IMG/VR virus record: IMGVR_UViG_3300024999_000050
Origin: an uncultured virus (IMG/VR IMGVR_UViG_3300024999_000050)
Taxonomy: Duplodnaviria; Heunggongvirae; Uroviricota; Caudoviricetes
Strand: one strand, 5' to 3'
Length of the DNA stretch: 64,000 nt
Part shown: positions 27,193 to 37,077 of the stretch, in pieces
Position numbering within the stretch: position 1 is the stretch's first letter
Layout of the letters: each line of letters opens with the position of its first letter
Notes under the pieces: model-generated
What the model saw: the letters and a program-made list of their open reading frames with translations, nothing else
Databases searched by the model: none
Told to the model about the DNA's origin: nothing
Translations under genes and position numbers: made by a program

Positions 27193-28326
27193 TCACCCTT
27201 TCAATCTATTCCTGATATAGTCTTCGCTTGAATTAATTAAATTAACGAACTCTTTTTCATTCTTACCGAAATAAACTTTGAATGTTTCTAATTTCATGGG
27301 TAACATACCTCTTGTAGCAATTGTTATAACTCTTATCATATTCAAATTATGCTTTGTCCATTTATCACAAACATAAGTCCTATCTAAATGATTTACTGGA
27401 ATGTATTTCATAGGGAAACCAGAAATTCTTAAATCTAATTCCTTACTTAATTCTACTATTTCTCTACATCTATAGTAAAATTCTTCGGGAGTATCTTTCC
27501 AATTATAAAGAATATAAGAACTAAAAGTCTTTATTCCAAACTTCGCAGCTAGTTTTATAGCATTTTGGAAATATACATCTTCTTTCATAGAATCGAATGA
27601 AAATCTTAATGGGTAAATGTTCACTTTTGAAACCAATTTGGCTATTTCTTTGTTGAATAATCTACAATCTGTTCCTTGATTAAAGTCTACATATCTTTGC
27701 CGATTATTCATTTTAGCCCCTTTATGAAATCCTAATGAAATTAATTCCTCAATTATCCTATCAAATTTACTACTTGCAAAATCATTATTACCCCAAAGCT
27801 GAAGATGTTGTCTTGTTTCGTCTATCTGAGGTTTTATTGGGATGTAGTCAATGTAATTTGGTTCTAAATATTTTACACCGCAGAAACCACATTTTCTTAT
27901 ACATCCTTTTGTGGCTGTTGCTATTGAATAGTTTAAATTAAATATACTGTAATCAATCTTAGATCTGTCTACTTCTTCATAATACAATCCTTGATGATAG
28001 GTTATTTTGTTAGGAGAATATTTGACAAGAGATTCAATTAGTTCTGGAGCAAAAGTTGTTAAATGTCCACCAACTATTAATTCATCTGTTCTGAATTTAT
28101 AGGTATTAATTGCATCTATTACTTTTCTGTATTCCCAGGTAAAAAGTGATGTTATATAAATTTTATCATAATATTTTAACTTACTTCTTATTCCTTCTGT
28201 ATATTCAACAATATCTCCTAAACCCTTATGATAAGTACTTAATTTCATTAAAGCTAAAGGTATGAATTTGAATACTGGTTTAACAAGAAGGATCTTTTCT
28301 TTTCTGGGTATCTTTATTTTCTTCAA
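27193..28326 (-). CDS. Radical SAM protein with N-terminal B12-binding-like Rossmann domain
   Basis: KGCIRKCGFC (Cx3Cx2C); PLALMKLSTYHK, ITSLFTW, VGG, DFNQG. Confidence 0.88.
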   Translation of the reverse strand: MKKIKIPRKEKILLVKPVFKFIPLALMKLSTYHKGLGDIVEYTEGIRSKLKYYDKIYITSLFTWEYRKVIDAINTYKFRTDELIVGGHLTTFAPELIESLVKYSPNKITYHQGLYYEEVDRSKIDYSIFNLNYSIATATKGCIRKCGFCGVKYLEPNYIDYIPIKPQIDETRQHLQLWGNNDFASSKFDRIIEELISLGFHKGAKMNNRQRYVDFNQGTDCRLFNKEIAKLVSKVNIYPLRFSFDSMKEDVYFQNAIKLAAKFGIKTFSSYILYNWKDTPEEFYYRCREIVELSKELDLRISGFPMKYIPVNHLDRTYVCDKWTKHNLNMIRVITIATRGMLPMKLETFKVYFGKNEKEFVNLINSSEDYIRNRLKG

Positions 28327-29496
28327 CTACTTAACCTTCTTTTTCTTTTTTGATTCTTCTATCTTATCTATTTCATATGTACCTGCAAAATTATTATCCA
28401 GAGCATTTTTTAACTTTTTAAATAATTCTTCCTTCTCAAATAACTCTCTTATTAACTCCGGTTCTCCATGATATTTTTCTCCAAACAATCTTACATCTGA
28501 ACCGTTTTTCTTAATAATTTCTCTTTCAATTGCTTCTGTTACCGCTTCTCTTACCAAATCTAAACCTAAAGGAATCATTCCTTTTCCGTTGCTTGTATAG
28601 AAATAACCTTCTTCATCTGATATTCCTATTCGATTCTTTCTAATCGTAAATTTATGTCTCTTCCCTACTCTTTTTTCTTTATCCTTGGAACCTTCTTTTA
28701 TTGCCCCAGAAGGTGTTACTCTAACAGATATTGTTGAATAAAATGGGATAGCCTCTCCACCGGTCCCTTTAAATTTCTCTTCAAACTTTCCAGCATCCAT
28801 CTTTGATCTTTCTTGCATAATAAATATTAGTAGTATATTTGTACTTTCTGTTATATCATCAGAACCTATTATAGAATTAGCTAATTGAATCCACTGACTA
28901 TTTAATGCTGCCTGTTTACCAAAGTTAGCTTTACCTACAGCTTCTTTGGTTTTAATTAATTTGAATATTTCTTCTGGAACTAAAGCTGTTACTGAATCTA
29001 CAACTATACATAGACATTTATTTTTAGGAATCTTTCCTTCTTTTCTTTTTTCCGCAAAATTTAACATCCAATAGTCTACATTGTTTGAACAGTCTTCATG
29101 TGTTTTAGGCCTGAAATACATAACTTTTCCGTAATTTTCTTCACCTAAAAGAATTCTATACCAGGATTTCTTTTCTTCTGTTTCGTGAACTCCCTTTTCT
29201 GCATCAACAAAAATACCAGTATGTCCTTCTTCAACGAATCCTTTTAAAATTGCTTGAGCTAATGCTGTTTTGCCTCCGTATGTTGGCCCCTGGAGTACCA
29301 TAGTACAAGATGTTGGTATGGCTCCACCGAAAGCCCTGTTAGCTGAACTAAAAATACATTTAACCATTTGAATACATTTTTTCTGATCCATTTTTCCGGC
29401 ACGATTCTTTGCATAATCCCCGGCTATTAGGGAAAGGATATCAACAGGCTCATTTGAATCTTTTTTAGACTTTTTATTAACTTTTTCTTTTGCCAA
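28327..29496 (-). CDS. recA: RecA-like recombinase
   Basis: GPTYGGKT, FVDAE, IVVDSVTAL, QER, GGEAIPFY, KNR. Confidence 0.9.
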   Translation of the reverse strand: MAKEKVNKKSKKDSNEPVDILSLIAGDYAKNRAGKMDQKKCIQMVKCIFSSANRAFGGAIPTSCTMVLQGPTYGGKTALAQAILKGFVEEGHTGIFVDAEKGVHETEEKKSWYRILLGEENYGKVMYFRPKTHEDCSNNVDYWMLNFAEKRKEGKIPKNKCLCIVVDSVTALVPEEIFKLIKTKEAVGKANFGKQAALNSQWIQLANSIIGSDDITESTNILLIFIMQERSKMDAGKFEEKFKGTGGEAIPFYSTISVRVTPSGAIKEGSKDKEKRVGKRHKFTIRKNRIGISDEEGYFYTSNGKGMIPLGLDLVREAVTEAIEREIIKKNGSDVRLFGEKYHGEPELIRELFEKEELFKKLKNALDNNFAGTYEIDKIEESKKKKKVK

Positions 29497-29514
29497 AATA
29501 CGACCTCCTTTATG

Positions 29515-29550
29515 AAAAAAAGCCTCCCAAATATTTCTCAGGAGGCTTTT
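29515..29550 (-). terminator. Intrinsic terminator
   Basis: AAAAGCCTCC..GGAGGCTTTT. Confidence 0.7.
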
Positions 29551-29577
29551 CTTTTATTCAATATTTAACTGGATAAA

Positions 29578-30531
29578 TTATTTCCTACGCTTCTTGGAAG
29601 ATTTCTTAGAGGAAGACTTCTTCCTTCTTGGTGGTCTTTCATCCTCATCCTCGTCTTCTTCATCTTCATCCTCTTCGTCATCCTCGTCGTCGTCTATTCT
29701 TTTCTTTTTAGAGGACTTTGATTTTTTACCGTCAGAGGACTTCATTTTTTCCAGACTGTCTAAATCTAAATCAATATCATCAGGATCAATAGCAAGGGCA
29801 TCTCTCACCATTTCAACTATTTCTTTAGGTGAAGTAGGTTTAAGATATGCTTCTAAATCCAATCCGTCAGAATCAAGAAGTTTTTTAAACTTCTTATCCA
29901 TCTTGACTCTGAAATAATGGGCATCGTACATATCAGCCGGAAGAGCTTTTTCATCATACACCAGTTTGAATCCGTATGGGTTTTGGAAGGGATCTCCCTC
30001 ATCCATACCCTCGTCTTCTTGCTGATTACTGATTACCTTTTCAATAGCCTCACCTAGACTTTTTGGGGCAACTAAAACTTGTGGAGGTGTTGGATTATCT
30101 ACCGGAATAGCTCCGAAAATGAATTCGCTTCTTGGGCTTATTCTACGCTGCCAATCGAAACCTTCCAAGTGAAGAATGTCACCTTTTAGGTATTCTTCTT
30201 CTGCTTTACCTTCACCTATGGTTAAGATTACTTCATCATCGTCCAGGTCTGAATCTTTAACCCCGGATTTAAGCTGACATATTGCACAACGGTCTGAGCC
30301 AGGGCAGATTACAAAGTTTTTTACAACCTGGAATTTCTTCTTACCTTTTTTACCCTTACTGTCTTTGACTTCTATTTCTTTCCAGACAGGAAAGTAGTGA
30401 ATTTCTCTTTGGTGAATTCCTGTCGGACCATGAAGTAGAACTACAGCTTTTGGTTTCCACTTCATGGTATCGGAAGTTGAATTTTTTTGTTTAGCTTTCT
30501 TTTTGAAATCAGCTAACGACATTCCACCCAT
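29578..30531 (-). CDS. Probable gp32-like single-stranded DNA-binding protein
   Basis: H..C..CAIC zinc site, GDPF, acidic tail, position between RecA and UvsY-like genes. Confidence 0.65.
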   Translation of the reverse strand: MGGMSLADFKKKAKQKNSTSDTMKWKPKAVVLLHGPTGIHQREIHYFPVWKEIEVKDSKGKKGKKKFQVVKNFVICPGSDRCAICQLKSGVKDSDLDDDEVILTIGEGKAEEEYLKGDILHLEGFDWQRRISPRSEFIFGAIPVDNPTPPQVLVAPKSLGEAIEKVISNQQEDEGMDEGDPFQNPYGFKLVYDEKALPADMYDAHYFRVKMDKKFKKLLDSDGLDLEAYLKPTSPKEIVEMVRDALAIDPDDIDLDLDSLEKMKSSDGKKSKSSKKKRIDDDEDDEEDEDEEDEDEDERPPRRKKSSSKKSSKKRRK

Positions 30532-30956
30532 TATTTCTTACCTTTCTTCTTCTTTTTGTCTTTCTTTTTTTCTTTCGGGGCAGCCTCGTCGGATTCTTCG
30601 GAATCATCGACCGGAGTTTCTTCCTCTTCTTCCGGATCTTCTTCCGTTTCAACAGTTACTTCGGATGGGGGTTCTTTGGTCTCCGGAGATTTTTCTTCTT
30701 TACCGGATTTGGACTTCAAAGCGGTTTCTGTTGTTTGGACCGGTTCTTCTTCAGGAGAAATAAAACCAAACTTAATGTCAAGACTCCTGGACAATCTAAA
30801 AGCTTTTCTTACGGCCTCGGCAGGTTCATCGTCATAAACTTTTATTTCATAGGATTTCTTCCCTTTACCGTCTTCCTTTATTAGGCATGAAGACTGGCTT
30901 CTTTCCATCACGGCAGGAATTTGTTTTTTTTCTTCTTGTTCCGGCATAAATATCAC
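30531..30956 (-). CDS. Hypothetical protein with acidic then basic disordered tail
   Basis: 141-aa ORF; AAGGAG RBS. Confidence 0.75.
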   Translation of the reverse strand: MIFMPEQEEKKQIPAVMERSQSSCLIKEDGKGKKSYEIKVYDDEPAEAVRKAFRLSRSLDIKFGFISPEEEPVQTTETALKSKSGKEEKSPETKEPPSEVTVETEEDPEEEEETPVDDSEESDEAAPKEKKKDKKKKKGKK

Positions 30957-30959
30957 TCC

Positions 30960-31118
30960 TTATATTAATTTTCTTAGATCTTTGATAAAATTATTTAAAG
31001 TGTCCAAATGGCGACAAGTCAAACAGATCCATTCGCTATCCAGACTACTACTAAATTCTTCACAGTCTATATCTGTAGAACCACACTCAGGACAAGTTAA
31101 TGTCTCTTCTTTTTCCAT
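30960..31118 (-). CDS. Small zinc-ribbon protein, 52 aa
   Basis: Hand-translated: CPECGS...WICLTC; TAATG overlap with upstream gene. Confidence 0.7.
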   Translation of the reverse strand: MEKEETLTCPECGSTDIDCEEFSSSLDSEWICLTCRHLDTLNNFIKDLRKLI

Positions 31119-31630
31119 TATAATTTACCTCTTGAATTAAGGAATTCTCTACGTTCCTTGATTACGTTACCCTGAGTTTGAAGGAGGGATTTTCTACCCT
31201 CCCATTGTTTATAAAGGATTTCTAACATATCTCTGGTTGTCCGTAACTTTCTTAATTTGTCCATCATTCTTTTATATGTTTTGGGTTTTTTTCTTCTAAC
31301 CCAATTCTTCATCTTTTCTTCAGTTATTTGACCAGAGATTTCTTTCTTAGCTTTGAGTTTTTCTAAATCTTTTTCGGCTAATAATAATACTTCAGCCCAC
31401 CAGATAGGTAATTCTACTTCTTCAAACTTTTTGTAGGATTCTTTTGCAGCTACATAAAGATTACCTGCAAGTCTTGTCATCTCTGCTGCTTTACCTATCT
31501 TATCAATCAGTTCGTCGTAATTCATGTTTTTTTCGGTTCTTAGTTCTTTCTTTAACTTAGAATATTGTCTTTCAAAATCATCGGGATTTAAGTCTCTGGA
31601 TATTATTTTATAGATTGTATTGTCGGGCAT
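31118..31630 (-). CDS. Helical protein, possible UvsY-like recombination mediator
   Basis: Size, helical pattern, ITE..M..W and WEGRKSLLQT, proximity to RecA/SSB. Confidence 0.55.
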   Translation of the reverse strand: MPDNTIYKIISRDLNPDDFERQYSKLKKELRTEKNMNYDELIDKIGKAAEMTRLAGNLYVAAKESYKKFEEVELPIWWAEVLLLAEKDLEKLKAKKEISGQITEEKMKNWVRRKKPKTYKRMMDKLRKLRTTRDMLEILYKQWEGRKSLLQTQGNVIKERREFLNSRGKL

Positions 31631-31703
31631 AATTTCCCCCTTATCTTTATTATATAAAGATGAATTTTTAATTTACTTTGTTTATAATTTTATTTTCTTC
31701 ATT

Positions 31704-34700
31704 CTAACTAAACTCACTAAGTAACATAATCTGTTTTCTACCGTCTTGTCCTGCTATTTCGAATGAGTCAGGTCTATTTGATTTTTTCAATTTAATCACT
31801 ATCAAATTTCCCTCTTTCAATATTTTTTTGTATTGACCGTAATACTCCGGCCAGAGTGCTATGTTTACTTTATCTATCCCATCTTCAATATCCATAAAAG
31901 CCATATTTTCGCCATACTTGGTTGTTATAACTCTTATAGACGAAACCATGCCAACAACTTTATCATTAGATTTAGGCTTCTTTCTAAACTCCCTACAATA
32001 TCTCATTCCATTTTTCTCAATTACTTTTTTATATTTATCAATTGGGTGTCCACTAAAATAGAATCCCAAATATTCTTTCTCCATCATCAACTTTTCTAAT
32101 GCTGTAAAATCATTTAGTTTTACTTTGTTATCGTAATGATAAATTATTGATTCTATGAGAGTCTTTTTATCGTATCTTTCTATGAATTCTTTTGACTTAG
32201 TTTTAGTTTTCTTAACCTCTTGCCAGGTTTCATAAATTGCTAATAGCTTTCTTCTGTTCTTATAAATGCTATCAAAAGCACCTACTTTTATTAGAGCCGT
32301 CATTTTACTCTTATTTAAAACGCTCCAATTTATTTTAGACTTGAAAAATTTATTAATGCTTTTGAATGGATAATTTGTTTCTAATTCTTCCGGAGATTTA
32401 TCTCCAATATCTTTTATGAAAGTGTATCCAGCACGAATATTACCTTTTTCTATGTTAAAGTTTGCTGAAGTTTTATTTATGTCAATCGGTAATACTTTAA
32501 TATCTCTGTCTCTTGTACTAGAAATGTATTCCTCAAACTTATTTCTTTCTTTTTTACCTTTTCCGGTAACTCCTCTTTTAGTATTCATTAATAATGCACA
32601 ATGGAATTCTACCGGATAAAGAGCTTTTAAATATAATTCCCAATAAGCAATTAAAGCATAGGCCACAGAATGACTCAGGTTAAATGAATATTTGCTGAAG
32701 AACTCAATGTCTTGCCAATACTTTTTAGCCTCTGTTTTGGATATCCCAGACATCACAGCACCTTTTATAAATCTTTTCTTGTATGCTAAGAAATCTTTAT
32801 AAAGTGGTTCATCTGGTAATGGTTTCTTAGAAACGAATTTTCTAAATTTATTACTTTCAGCTTGAGAGAATCCGATCCTCTGAACCATATTCATAACTTG
32901 TTCCTGGTAAATAATCAAACCAAAAGATGATCTTAAATCATTCTCCCAACATTCAGGTATCTTGAATTTTTCTTCTCCTGATTTTCTATCAGCATAAAAT
33001 TCATGTACTTTTGCGTTCAACGGTCCTGGTCTTGCAATAGCTACAATAGCTGAAATATCGTTAAAAGTATTTATTCCGATTGTATCTATAATTTGTCTCA
33101 TCAAATGTGTTTCTAATTGGAATACACCTAATGTATCTTTCTTGTTTCCCAATCTTAATGCTTTCTTATCGTTCAATGGTATTTTTAATAAGTCTATTTT
33201 CTTCCCATGATTTTCTTCAATTAATCTTACACAATCATAAATAACATCTAAATTATTCAGTCCCAATAAATCAAACTTTGGGAATCCTAATTCTTCAAGT
33301 TCTTTATATTTTCTGTTTAGGCCAATCTGTAAAGCTGTAACTTCTACTCCGTCTATCGTATGGATGGGCATTGAGTTATAAACATTCTGGCTACAAATTA
33401 CTACTCCAGCAGCATGTTTTGAAAGGTTTTTAATTTGTCCTCTCAACCTTTCACATAAATTAAATGCTTCTGGATATTTGTCAAAGAAATTATCAAGGTC
33501 TGGGTAGAATTTTCTTAAGTCTTCCCATGAAGTATGATCTTCGTCTACCCCTCCGGCCATTTTTGTAGTTACTCTAAATACTTCACCTAGCGGAATACAT
33601 AACACTCTTGAAACATCACCTATTACGGCCTTAGTTCCAAAGGTTCCGTAGGATCCTATAAACATCGTATATTCGTGACCATATTTTTCTCTTAAGTAAT
33701 TTCTTACTTCTCCTCTTCTTTCTGGACTGAAATCTACGTCTATATCTGGAACGTCTTTTCTATCTATGTTAATAAATCTTTCAAAAAGTAGATTATGTTT
33801 AAGGGGATCAATATCAGTAATACCAAGAAGATATGAAACTAATGATCCTGCTGCTGATCCTCGGCTGGGACCTACAGGTATTTTTTCCATTCTTGCCCAA
33901 CTTAACATATCTTCCATAATTAAAAAGAAATCAGCATACTCCATTTGCTCAATAACACCAAGTTCAAAATCTCTTCTTTCTATGTAATCAGGAATATTAT
34001 CCTCATTCTCTATTTCTCTTCTTTTCCAACCCTTTTTACATAATCTTTTTAATTCTCTAAACCCTTCCTCTGGAGTTTCATAAATCATAGGAAGTTTTAC
34101 CGAAGTATCTAAATCAAACTCTTCAATTCTTTCTACAATGTCCATTACGTTATCTATAGCTGAATGAAAGTCTTCCTTAGACATAACTTTTCTATAATGT
34201 TTTTTCCAGGTTCGATACATTCCTTTGTAATCCTTATACCAGAGATCTTTACTTTCAAATTGCCATACTTCTTCTGGATTCTTTTGAAGATCATTTACCG
34301 TCTTACCAGAATTAATCATAAGAAGTATATCGTGAGTTTCTGAGTCCTCTGGTTCTATGTAATGACTGTCTGTTGTTACAATCCATTTCAACTTACATTC
34401 TTTTGCTAGTCTAATTAATTCTTTTGTAATTTTTACTTGCTGCTTAAAATCTATCATAGTTATTTCAACAAATAGATTACTTTTACCGAATACTTTTTTC
34501 CATTCTAAAAGTAATTCTTTTGCTTCTTCATAACCTTCTTTAATTAAGGTTTGAGGAATCTCTCCAGCAATGCAAGCTGTAGAAATTATTAAACCTTCTT
34601 TGTTTTCCATTACAAAATCCATAGTGACCCTTGGCCTACTATAGAATCCGTTCTTCCAACCATCATTCGTTATCTTTATTAGATTGTCTAAACCAGTTTT

Positions 34701-35099
34701 ATTTTTTGCTAATAAAATTAAGTGATTGTTTGGTTTTATCTTTTCTAGTCTTGAATCCAGTTTAACTATTTTCTTTAGATTTTTTATTGATACCGGATCT
34801 TTATCGTTCTTAATTTTCTTATTTTCTTCTTTAAGTATCTTAATTTTTTCTATGATTTCTTTTACTTCATCCCTAAAATTATTAACGTATACTTCGCAGC
34901 CGAAAATGGGTTTAATACCCTCATCCCGGCAAGAGAAGTATTGTCTTGCATACTGACCAATAGTTCCATGATTAGTAACACAAAGAGCAGGGTTTCCCCT
35001 GCTCTTCGCTATCTCAGCCAGTTTTTCTACTGTTCCCATTCCGTCTCTAAGACTATATTCTTCATGGACATGAAGGGAGAGAAAAGTTTTACTGCTCAA
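31704..35099 (-). CDS. dnaE: DNA polymerase III alpha subunit
   Basis: PHP domain HVHEEYSLRDG, RGSAAGSLVSYLLGIT, PDIDVDF, KFDLLGL, FNLSHS, C-terminal OB fold. Confidence 0.97.
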   Translation of the reverse strand: MSSKTFLSLHVHEEYSLRDGMGTVEKLAEIAKSRGNPALCVTNHGTIGQYARQYFSCRDEGIKPIFGCEVYVNNFRDEVKEIIEKIKILKEENKKIKNDKDPVSIKNLKKIVKLDSRLEKIKPNNHLILLAKNKTGLDNLIKITNDGWKNGFYSRPRVTMDFVMENKEGLIISTACIAGEIPQTLIKEGYEEAKELLLEWKKVFGKSNLFVEITMIDFKQQVKITKELIRLAKECKLKWIVTTDSHYIEPEDSETHDILLMINSGKTVNDLQKNPEEVWQFESKDLWYKDYKGMYRTWKKHYRKVMSKEDFHSAIDNVMDIVERIEEFDLDTSVKLPMIYETPEEGFRELKRLCKKGWKRREIENEDNIPDYIERRDFELGVIEQMEYADFFLIMEDMLSWARMEKIPVGPSRGSAAGSLVSYLLGITDIDPLKHNLLFERFINIDRKDVPDIDVDFSPERRGEVRNYLREKYGHEYTMFIGSYGTFGTKAVIGDVSRVLCIPLGEVFRVTTKMAGGVDEDHTSWEDLRKFYPDLDNFFDKYPEAFNLCERLRGQIKNLSKHAAGVVICSQNVYNSMPIHTIDGVEVTALQIGLNRKYKELEELGFPKFDLLGLNNLDVIYDCVRLIEENHGKKIDLLKIPLNDKKALRLGNKKDTLGVFQLETHLMRQIIDTIGINTFNDISAIVAIARPGPLNAKVHEFYADRKSGEEKFKIPECWENDLRSSFGLIIYQEQVMNMVQRIGFSQAESNKFRKFVSKKPLPDEPLYKDFLAYKKRFIKGAVMSGISKTEAKKYWQDIEFFSKYSFNLSHSVAYALIAYWELYLKALYPVEFHCALLMNTKRGVTGKGKKERNKFEEYISSTRDRDIKVLPIDINKTSANFNIEKGNIRAGYTFIKDIGDKSPEELETNYPFKSINKFFKSKINWSVLNKSKMTALIKVGAFDSIYKNRRKLLAIYETWQEVKKTKTKSKEFIERYDKKTLIESIIYHYDNKVKLNDFTALEKLMMEKEYLGFYFSGHPIDKYKKVIEKNGMRYCREFRKKPKSNDKVVGMVSSIRVITTKYGENMAFMDIEDGIDKVNIALWPEYYGQYKKILKEGNLIVIKLKKSNRPDSFEIAGQDGRKQIMLLSEFS

Positions 35100-35103
35100 T
35101 ATT

Positions 35104-35475
35104 TTATTCCTCTGATAAGGCAGAAATGGTTTCTGCTGTTACCTGCTGACCACCTTTAACTTTCTTTTCAGCTTTCGCCGGAACCGGAGGAGTGGTTTCC
35201 ACCTCTTCTTTCTCAGCCAGTTTCACCACTGGTTTTTCAACAGCCCTGTCAGGTTCGATTCTTACCATAGAATCCTTTAACCGGATTGTCCAAGTTCTGT
35301 CTTCGAAATCCATAGTATACGGCAGATACATAGCCTCCAAAGCACCCAATGTCGGAGGTAGGTTGTTTTTGGCATTAATAACAGCCTTTCCTTTGGTTAA
35401 GATTAAGGCAATAGCCTCTTTGGGTGTTCTGGCCGAATAGTTTGCTGAAAACTTATCTCTTGTTGCTGTATTCAT
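35104..35475 (-). CDS. Hypothetical protein
   Basis: 123-aa ORF, GAGGGGG RBS. Confidence 0.75.
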   Translation of the reverse strand: MNTATRDKFSANYSARTPKEAIALILTKGKAVINAKNNLPPTLGALEAMYLPYTMDFEDRTWTIRLKDSMVRIEPDRAVEKPVVKLAEKEEVETTPPVPAKAEKKVKGGQQVTAETISALSEE

Positions 35476-35508
35476 TATAAAATCCCCCTCTAATTTTATT
35501 TTATATAA

Positions 35509-35943
35509 CTAACCAGTGGAACCGAAACCATTTGTTCCCCGGTCTGTTTCCTTAAATCTTACTTTCTCAAGAAACTCAATATTGAATCTTTTAGCGAAAA
35601 CAATTTGAGCTATCCTTTGATAAGGTTTAACTACTTTAGGCCAGAATGAGAAGTTCAATAATGTAACTCCTATCTCTCCCCTGTAGTTTGTATCTATGGT
35701 TCCTACCACAGCTATCAAACCTTCATCTTTTGATAATCCGCTTCTAGGTCTAACCTCTGAACAAATAAATTCTGGAGGTTCTATTTTTATCCCAATTGGA
35801 ATTGTTTTTCTACAGAAAGGCCAGATTATAATATTTCTTTTAATATTAGCTTTAACATCCCAGCCTGAATCTGTTTCGTATTTCCGAAATGGCATACATT
35901 CTTTATTTACTAGAATTAATCCTGTCGGTATAGACATTTTCAA
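35509..35943 (-). CDS. dut: Trimeric dUTPase
   Basis: SGWDV, PRSGL, GTIDTNYRGEI, RIAQ, RGTNGFGSTG; GGAGG RBS before TTG 35943 / ATG 35937. Confidence 0.93.
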   Translation of the reverse strand: MKMSIPTGLILVNKECMPFRKYETDSGWDVKANIKRNIIIWPFCRKTIPIGIKIEPPEFICSEVRPRSGLSKDEGLIAVVGTIDTNYRGEIGVTLLNFSFWPKVVKPYQRIAQIVFAKRFNIEFLEKVRFKETDRGTNGFGSTG

Positions 35944-36085
35944 TTTTTCCTCCTTATCTATATTATATATAAATAAATTCGTTTTTTCCCTTGTTTGAAA
36001 AATAAAATAAAAAAATCGCCTTGATATTAAAGGCGATTTCTCTATACCGGAACAGATGGAAGTGCCGGGACAGGTTATTAAAAGT

Positions 36086-36922
36086 TTACTTCTTACCCTT
36101 TTTGGACGACTTCTTATCGTCCTTCTTGGAAGACTTCTTCGGAGGAGGAGTTTCTTCTTCCTCGTCTTCCTCTTCTTCGGGTTCTTCGCCAAATACGGCC
36201 TTACAACCCTTGCACTTTTTAGCGGTTTCTTTTACTTCTTCACCGCAGCCTGAGCAGATAAATTTCTTCTTCTTACCCTTACCGGAAGTAGTTATATAGA
36301 CGACTTCTTCTTCATCCTCTTCGTCGTCCTCATCTTCCTCTTCTTCCGGATCGGGATCTTTCTTACCCTTGCCCGATTTTTTATCGGAAGCCTTGCCAGC
36401 TTTTTTATCATCCTTCTTAGAGGACTTTTTGGACGTTTCTTCTTCCTCGTCCTCATCCTCTTCTTCGGTCTCAAAAACAGCTTTACACTTCTTATTAGGG
36501 CAAGACTTGGAATCCTCTTTTACAGCCTTACCGCACTTAGAGCAGCTAAAGGTTTTATTCTTGCCTTTGCCCACAGTCTTAATAGTGGCAGGTTCTTCTT
36601 CCTCTTCTTCGTCGTTATCTTCATCCGATTCTTCGTCTTCATCGGAGTCGTCTGTTTCGAAGACTTTACCGCAGTAGGGGCAAGTGTCTACGTCAGGAAT
36701 GTCTTTACCGCACTCACCACACTCACAGGTATCATCCTCGTCTAAATCTGAAACAGCATCATCAATGGCTGCTTCTAAAGCCTTTGCATCATCCTCGATA
36801 TCATCTGTATCAAGCTCAAGAGCTTCAGCCCCGGCTAGTAAATCCTTCAGTTTAAATTTGGATTTAGTCTTGGAAGTTTTCTTATCGTCCTTTTTTTCAG
36901 TTGTTTTCTTAGCCAAAAACAA
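36086..36922 (-). CDS. Acidic/basic low-complexity protein with three zinc-ribbon modules
   Basis: CGEC..CPYC, CSKC..CPNKKC, CSGC..CKGC separated by D/E tracts. Confidence 0.85.
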   Translation of the reverse strand: MFLAKKTTEKKDDKKTSKTKSKFKLKDLLAGAEALELDTDDIEDDAKALEAAIDDAVSDLDEDDTCECGECGKDIPDVDTCPYCGKVFETDDSDEDEESDEDNDEEEEEEPATIKTVGKGKNKTFSCSKCGKAVKEDSKSCPNKKCKAVFETEEEDEDEEEETSKKSSKKDDKKAGKASDKKSGKGKKDPDPEEEEDEDDEEDEEEVVYITTSGKGKKKKFICSGCGEEVKETAKKCKGCKAVFGEEPEEEEDEEEETPPPKKSSKKDDKKSSKKGKK

Positions 36923-37077
36923 TTCCTCCCTTTACCTTTTGTATTTTGTGTTTAATTACCCTCTATCTTTAATATATCAATTGCTTTTTTATTTTTACGA
37001 TTAGTAGAAAAATTTTTATAATTTTATCAAAAATTAAGAAGAAACCTCTTATTGTAAAAGGTTTCTTCTTAAATTAT

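Noticed and set aside
31683..31703. Micro-ORF MKKIKL right after dnaE
   Set aside because: Only six codons and no clear RBS; not counted as a gene although it resembles the KKIKY motif
35944..36192. N-terminal extension of dUTPase in the ORF track
   Set aside because: Overlaps the upstream gene and crosses a terminator; a strong RBS sits at ~35950
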